This document shows positions 58,596-64,000 of a stretch of DNA of 64,000 nt, piece after piece. Numbering within the stretch: position 1 is the first letter of the stretch; each line of letters begins with the position of its first letter. Made by a program: the position numbers and the translations under genes. The notes under the pieces were generated by a model. That model had not been told where the DNA came from. It made no database searches and worked only from the letters and a program-made list of their open reading frames with translations. Source of the DNA: Takakia lepidozioides (lineage: Eukaryota > Plantae > Bryophyta); contig CM060733.1 of NCBI GenBank assembly GCA_030704615.1, positions 496,001 to 560,000 on the forward strand, given 5' to 3'.

Positions 58596-61105
58596 ATGGC
58601 GGAGGAGGAAGACAGAGGAGGTCATCCCAGGGATGACGATAATGAACCTGGACCTCCAAAAAAAAACCAAAAAGGGCCAGGCGCGAACTTCGTTGGGACA
58701 TATACAATGACCCCAACATTCTTGCGGAACCAGGTTGGGAAGTTTGGAAGTTGGGGCAGCGGTGGTCGCTTGTGACTGCATTTGTGGACTGGTGTCACAT
58801 AAATCGTTTGTGGCCCAGAGATAGGCATGATCCACAAACCAAACAAAATCAAGCTAGCTTGCATTCCTGCGCCAACCCGCATTTCCGCCACAGGGCAGAG
58901 GAGGTACATACAACATTGTGGGGTCAACCGCTCGTCAACAACAAGGTCCCGTATTTATTTGCGGCCATGTACACAGAGTTGATTTTATTGCGACCAGTGG
59001 ATTGGCAAACTGCCACTGCGAGACAACGTACTAGACTATACATGTTCTCTGATATCCCAGACTTGTATATACGTCAGGGGGGCAGGACATCATACGGTTC
59101 GATGGAAACGACGGAAAGGCGGATGGAAACGACGATGTGGAAGAAGGAGGAAATGCAGACCAACCTCCAGATTATACGCCGCAACAGGTCTCCGCAGCCG
59201 GGCCTTCAACGTCTGAGGTGGAGGGGGCGAGGTACGCTCTCCGTTGGGAACAGTTGGCCGCACATGAACAGCACATCAAAGACCTGCAGGACATTGTTCA
59301 TTTGCAACGGTGGCAAATAGCGAAGTTGCTGGAAAGAATGGGGTTGGGGACTCTCGACAGCGTACGCGGTGTGCTTCAGGACCCGAGGCCAATCACCAAC
59401 GAGCAAGACATATTGGCGCGTTTGAATATGCCACCAATGGACATTGACCGCGTCATCGACGGGGTTGACTCAATCGGGCATGGGAATGAAGTGCAAACGT
59501 CTGAACTGGACCCGGCGAGGGTTGAGGAAGAAAGACTTGCGGCGGAGAGGGCAAGAAAAGGAAGGACCCCATAGTGGAAACTGGGGAATGTTCAGCCGTG
59601 CAAATTACATCGGCCCAAGAACAGGAATTAGAGCAGCTTGTGGGGGAACGCGAGCAAGCTAGGGCTGTTGCATATCGGTACTCAAATGCCATGCAAATCC
59701 GATCGTGGCCATGGTTGAAGGGGATTGGCGGAATTGGGTGACATGGGCGGGCCATCTAGCATCGCGGGAAACACGGATAGAAGAAGCGTTGTCCTCCCTC
59801 CAACGTGCAGCACGTTTGTCGAATCGAAGCGTAGATAGCATCTATGCTAATTTGCAAAGGCACGACACTGTGCGTGATGTATTCACGTCGAAGTACACTG
59901 GATTCACCACATGGGGTGATGTGCATGCCATGTTTGAGCACTGTGTGCATACAATTTCCGATACCAATAACAGCATAAACTGGGATTTGGAAGTAGAGGA
60001 GGAGTGGGACAGAGGATGTCATCCTACATTAATGAGGATAAACGGACGTGGATACCACAGAGCAATCCAGCGTCATGGGTAACAGATGGTACGGTGTGCA
60101 CAATGTGCCTAAACCCTTATGGACCGGAGGGAGGCTATATGCTTGGTTCATGTGGCCATTTGTTCCATCCCACATGTCTCATATCGGCAGCCATGCGAGC
60201 CAGCCAATGCCCTGACTGCCGTGGACCAATCCATCGACGTTTCTACGAGTTGTTTGGGTTGCAAGACAATATGCCCACGGGATACGAGTACAACCGGTAC
60301 AACATGCCATTGGATGTATCGCCTTACGATTTTTTAAATTGGCAGCACTGGGGGGAGACAATGACATGGGATGCTCCAAGAGAGATGCACGCCTTGGATG
60401 CGAAGACGTTAACTAGGGTTAAAGATCCGGTGACCTTTTGGGTGACATCCAACTGGGAAATAACCGTGCGTGCTAGAGGCATACGGGACCCAGTCCAAAG
60501 GGAGTTTTTTGCCGGAACTTGGGAGGGCATTGGAGCTGTACCAGACAAAGATTCTTCGACTGCCTGAGGATCCGTGGGTGCCAGCGGAAAACGACCCATA
60601 CAATCGCGAACCGATTGGGAGAGACCTATTTCTGAGGGAGTTGGAGGCCGCTAGCATCCGTTGGGAGGATATGAATGAGACGTACTGGGTGCCTCGTCGG
60701 GATGATGGGCCTTCCAGAGTTGCGCAGAGACCCCAGCAGGAGGAGGTGTTGGACAATTTCAAGGCTGCCATCACGAGTGTAAAGTATTGGCAGAACACAT
60801 GGCGTGACCAAGTTGCCCCTATTCCAGGGGTGTTCTTGCCACTTCCAAACATATCGGATTTAATTGAAAAATTGCATGCCGCCGTAGCAAGAGCGACACA
60901 CCCGGCTCTGGCAAATGTGGAAGAGAGTCAGCACTCGCCTAGAACGCTACGCATGATGGCAAGGGTGGACCACACAACACTGGGTCCCTCTTTGACCACT
61001 CGAGCCCAGGCTCGAGCTCCAGGCACGTCCTCTACACCCGGAGCATCTTCATCAACATCTGGAGATGACGACAACGAAGTAATAAATCTAGATGAAGATG
61101 ACTAG
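58596..61105 (+). pseudogene. Long apparently intronless ORF (frameshifted) with coiled-coil-like segments and a RING-H2 finger
   Basis: Overlapping ORFs tile from ATG 58596 (MAEEEDRGG...) to TAG 61105. RING-H2 CTMC...SCGHLFHPTC...QCPDCR at ~60097-60225. Confidence 0.7.
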
Positions 61106-61599
61106 AAAGGCTAGAAACGTAGGGAGTAGGCCAAAGGTCTCAGGTTGCGAAAACTTAAATGTGCAACCCACTGTATAGTCTACGTAATTTTTGGAAATAC
61201 GAGGTTCATCCTTTGAACCATTTTTGAATGACCTCATACTTGTTCGGTACCTGTTTGACGGCATGTACAATATACTGGCAAAGTTTCAAAACAATCAAAA
61301 ATTGCTGAATGAAGATACCATTGGTTCACCCATTGCAATATTTTAAATCGAACTCATACTTGTCCGGTAAAGAGGGCATGTACAATGCAATGGCAAAGTT
61401 TGAAAGCATTCAGAAATCGGCACATCAAGTAACCATTGGTTCCTCCTGTGAACCATTTTTTATTGATCTCATACTTCCGGTCCATGTAAGAGGCATGTAG
61501 AACATACTGGCAAAATTTCAAATCATTCAAATTTTTTTTATCAATGAACCTTTGGTTTATCCTTTTCACCATTAACGATTAATCACAAATAAATGAACA

Positions 61600-64000
61600 A
61601 TAAATCATTTGCCTCCAAATGATTTTGGTTCGCTTTGAGACTTGGCCAGCCATGGAAGAGGCCCGATCAATCGAAATTCGTTCAATGGGCCAACGGATGG
61701 TTGCCCATCCAAATGATTTTGTTCGCTTTTTTGGCCAGTGTGTTCAATGTACCCTCTGATAAAATATGAGATCAATCGAAATTCGTTCGATGGGCCAATG
61801 AGGCGTTCAGTTGTCATCTGGTTTTTGTTCATTGCGAAAAAAAAATCCTGCAACTGCGTGCACGACTATTGCAACCCATTGAATCGGATGTGGTTGAAGC
61901 CCCTCTTTTTGCCCGCATGTGCTTGAACATGTGTGCGACACATGTGCGAAGACACAACAGACGAATAAATCATTTGTCTCCCCATCGACACACCAAGCCA
62001 TTCCATAATATAATTGAATTTAAATTAATTTTAAGCCAATAAATAGGTTTGCACTACCTTTCATTGGGGGTTTCTGGCATGTATCGATTTTTGTTTTTGC
62101 TCGATTTTGTTCTGCGGCTTCCAGCATCCCACCACTACTCCCACGCCAAAATTTGGACCAATCAAAAAATGCCCCAAAAAAGGTGTTCTCTTCGCTCACT
62201 ATTGCAGAACTCTCTATGAAGAATGCATGAAGTTAAACACAAATCAAGTTGGAGTGCAAAAATAGGGAAGAAACTGTGGTTTTGGGTCCAAATGAATTAT
62301 GTTCGCTCCCAAATTTGGCACGCACGTTGCATATGGCTACATTACACGCCCCATTCAAAAACCGAATAAAAGAAAAATCGTGAGCACGCGAAACACAATC
62401 CAACAGGTCCCAAAGCAATAGCAGATCCAGCGGAATACATTCAACGGTGAACGGATGGTTGCCCATCCAAATCATATTTGTTTGCTTCCAAACTTTGCTT
62501 GTACGTTCGAGACACCCTCTCACAGGTCTCGGACTAATATCAGATCAATCGAAATTCATTCGATGGCTCAACGATGGTTGGCCATCGAGATGATTTTGGT
62601 TCGCTTTGAGACTTGGCCAGTATGTTCAATGTGCCATGGAAGAGGCCCCAGAGTAATATGAGATCAATCGAAATTCGTCAATGGGCCGACGGATGGTTGC
62701 CCATCCAAATGATTTTCGTTTCGCTTTGAGACTTGGCCAGTGTGTTCAATGTACCCTCTGATAGGTCCCAGTGTAATGAGATCAATCGAAATTCGTTCGA
62801 TGGGCCAATGAGGCATTCAGTTGTCATCTAGTTTTTGTTCATTGCGAAAAAAAAAATCCTGCAATGCGTGCACGGCTATTGCACCCATTGTACGGATGTG
62901 GTTGAAGCCCCTCTTTTTGCCCGCATGTGCTTGAACATGTGTGCGACACATGTGCGGAGACACAACAGACGAATAAATCATTTGCTCCCATCGACACACA
63001 AGCCATTCCATAATGTAATTGAATTTAAATTAATTTTAAGCCAATAAATAGGTTTGCACTACCTTTCATTGGGGGTTTCTGGCACGTATCGATTTTGTTT
63101 TTGGCTCATTTTGTTCTGCGGCTTCCAGCATCCCACCACTACTCCCCCGCCAAAATTTGGACCAATCAAAAATGCCCCAAAAAACAGGTGTTCTCTTCGC
63201 TCACTATTGCAGAACTCTCTATGAAGAATGCATGAAGTTAAACACAAATCAAGTTTGGAGTGGTTTTGGGTCCAAATAAATTATGTTCGCTCCCAAATTT
63301 GGCACGCACGTTGCATATGGCTACATTACACGCCCCATTCAAAAACCGAATAAAAAAAAATCGTGAGCACGCGAAACACAGTCCAACAGGTCCCAAAGCA
63401 ATAGCAGATCCAGCGGAATACATTCAACGGGTGAACGGATGGTTGCCCATCCAAATCATTTTTGTTTGCTTCCAAACTTTGCCAGTACGTTCGAGACACC
63501 CTCTCACAGGTCTCGGACTAATATCAGATCAATCGAAATTCATTCGATGGCTCAACGAATGGTTGGCCATCGAGATGATTTTGGTTCGCTTTGAGACTTG
63601 GCCAGTATGTTCAATGTGCCATGGAAGAGGCCCCAGAGTAATATGAGATCAATCGAAATTCGTTCAATGGGCCAACGGATGGTTGCCCATCCAAATGATT
63701 TTCGTTCGCTTTGAGACTTGGCCAGTGTGTTCAATGTACCCTCTGATAGTCCCAGTGTAATATGAGATCAATCGAAATTCGTTCGATGGGCCAATGAGGC
63801 GTTCAGTTGTCATCTGGTTTTTGTTCATTGCGAAAAAAAAAATCCTGCAATGCGTGCACGGCTATTGCACCCATTGAACGGATGTGGTTGAAGCCCCTCT
63901 TTTGCCCGCATGTGCTTGAACATGTGTGCGACACATGTGCGGAGACACAACAGACGAATAAATCATTTGCCTCCCCATCGACACCAAGCCATTCCATAAT
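61600..64000. repeat. ~1-kb tandem repeat (about 2.4 copies, runs off the window) with ~100-bp internal sub-repeats
   Basis: GATGGGCCAATGAGGC at ~61790, 62799 and 63785. Sub-repeat GATCAATCGAAATTC...GGATGGTTGCCCATCCAAAT. Confidence 0.93.

Overview
Eukaryotic nuclear DNA from a land plant, probably a non-seed lineage (inferred from the PLS-type PPR relics and the TE types; the species cannot be determined here). The first 13.3 kb holds two convergent intron-containing housekeeping genes: the 3' part of a PDAT/LCAT-family acyltransferase (+) and a complete 12-exon GFAT gene (-). Two GFAT introns carry copies of the same truncated LINE. From about 14 kb onward the window is a nest of repeats and transposons. 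It includes a 117-bp double-hairpin satellite split by a ~16.7-kb block, which contains Helitron-like termini and a 12.3-kb TIR-bounded Mutator element (SWIM transposase plus Ulp1-like protease gene). It also includes a tRNA-derived SINE family, a Harbinger Myb fragment and a PPR/OSB-PDF pseudogene. A scrambled Ty3/gypsy element follows, whose pol carries a cytosine-5 DNA methyltransferase between protease and RT and a PHD finger after integrase. A CACTA terminus and transposase are followed by a SET-domain gene, a nested hAT element, a long RING-H2 ORF and a ~1-kb tandem repeat. The most notable signal is chromatin- and protein-modifying cargo (DNMT + PHD, SET, Ulp1, RING) associated with several different transposons. 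All TE ORFs are interrupted as assembled, and some frameshifts may be assembly errors.
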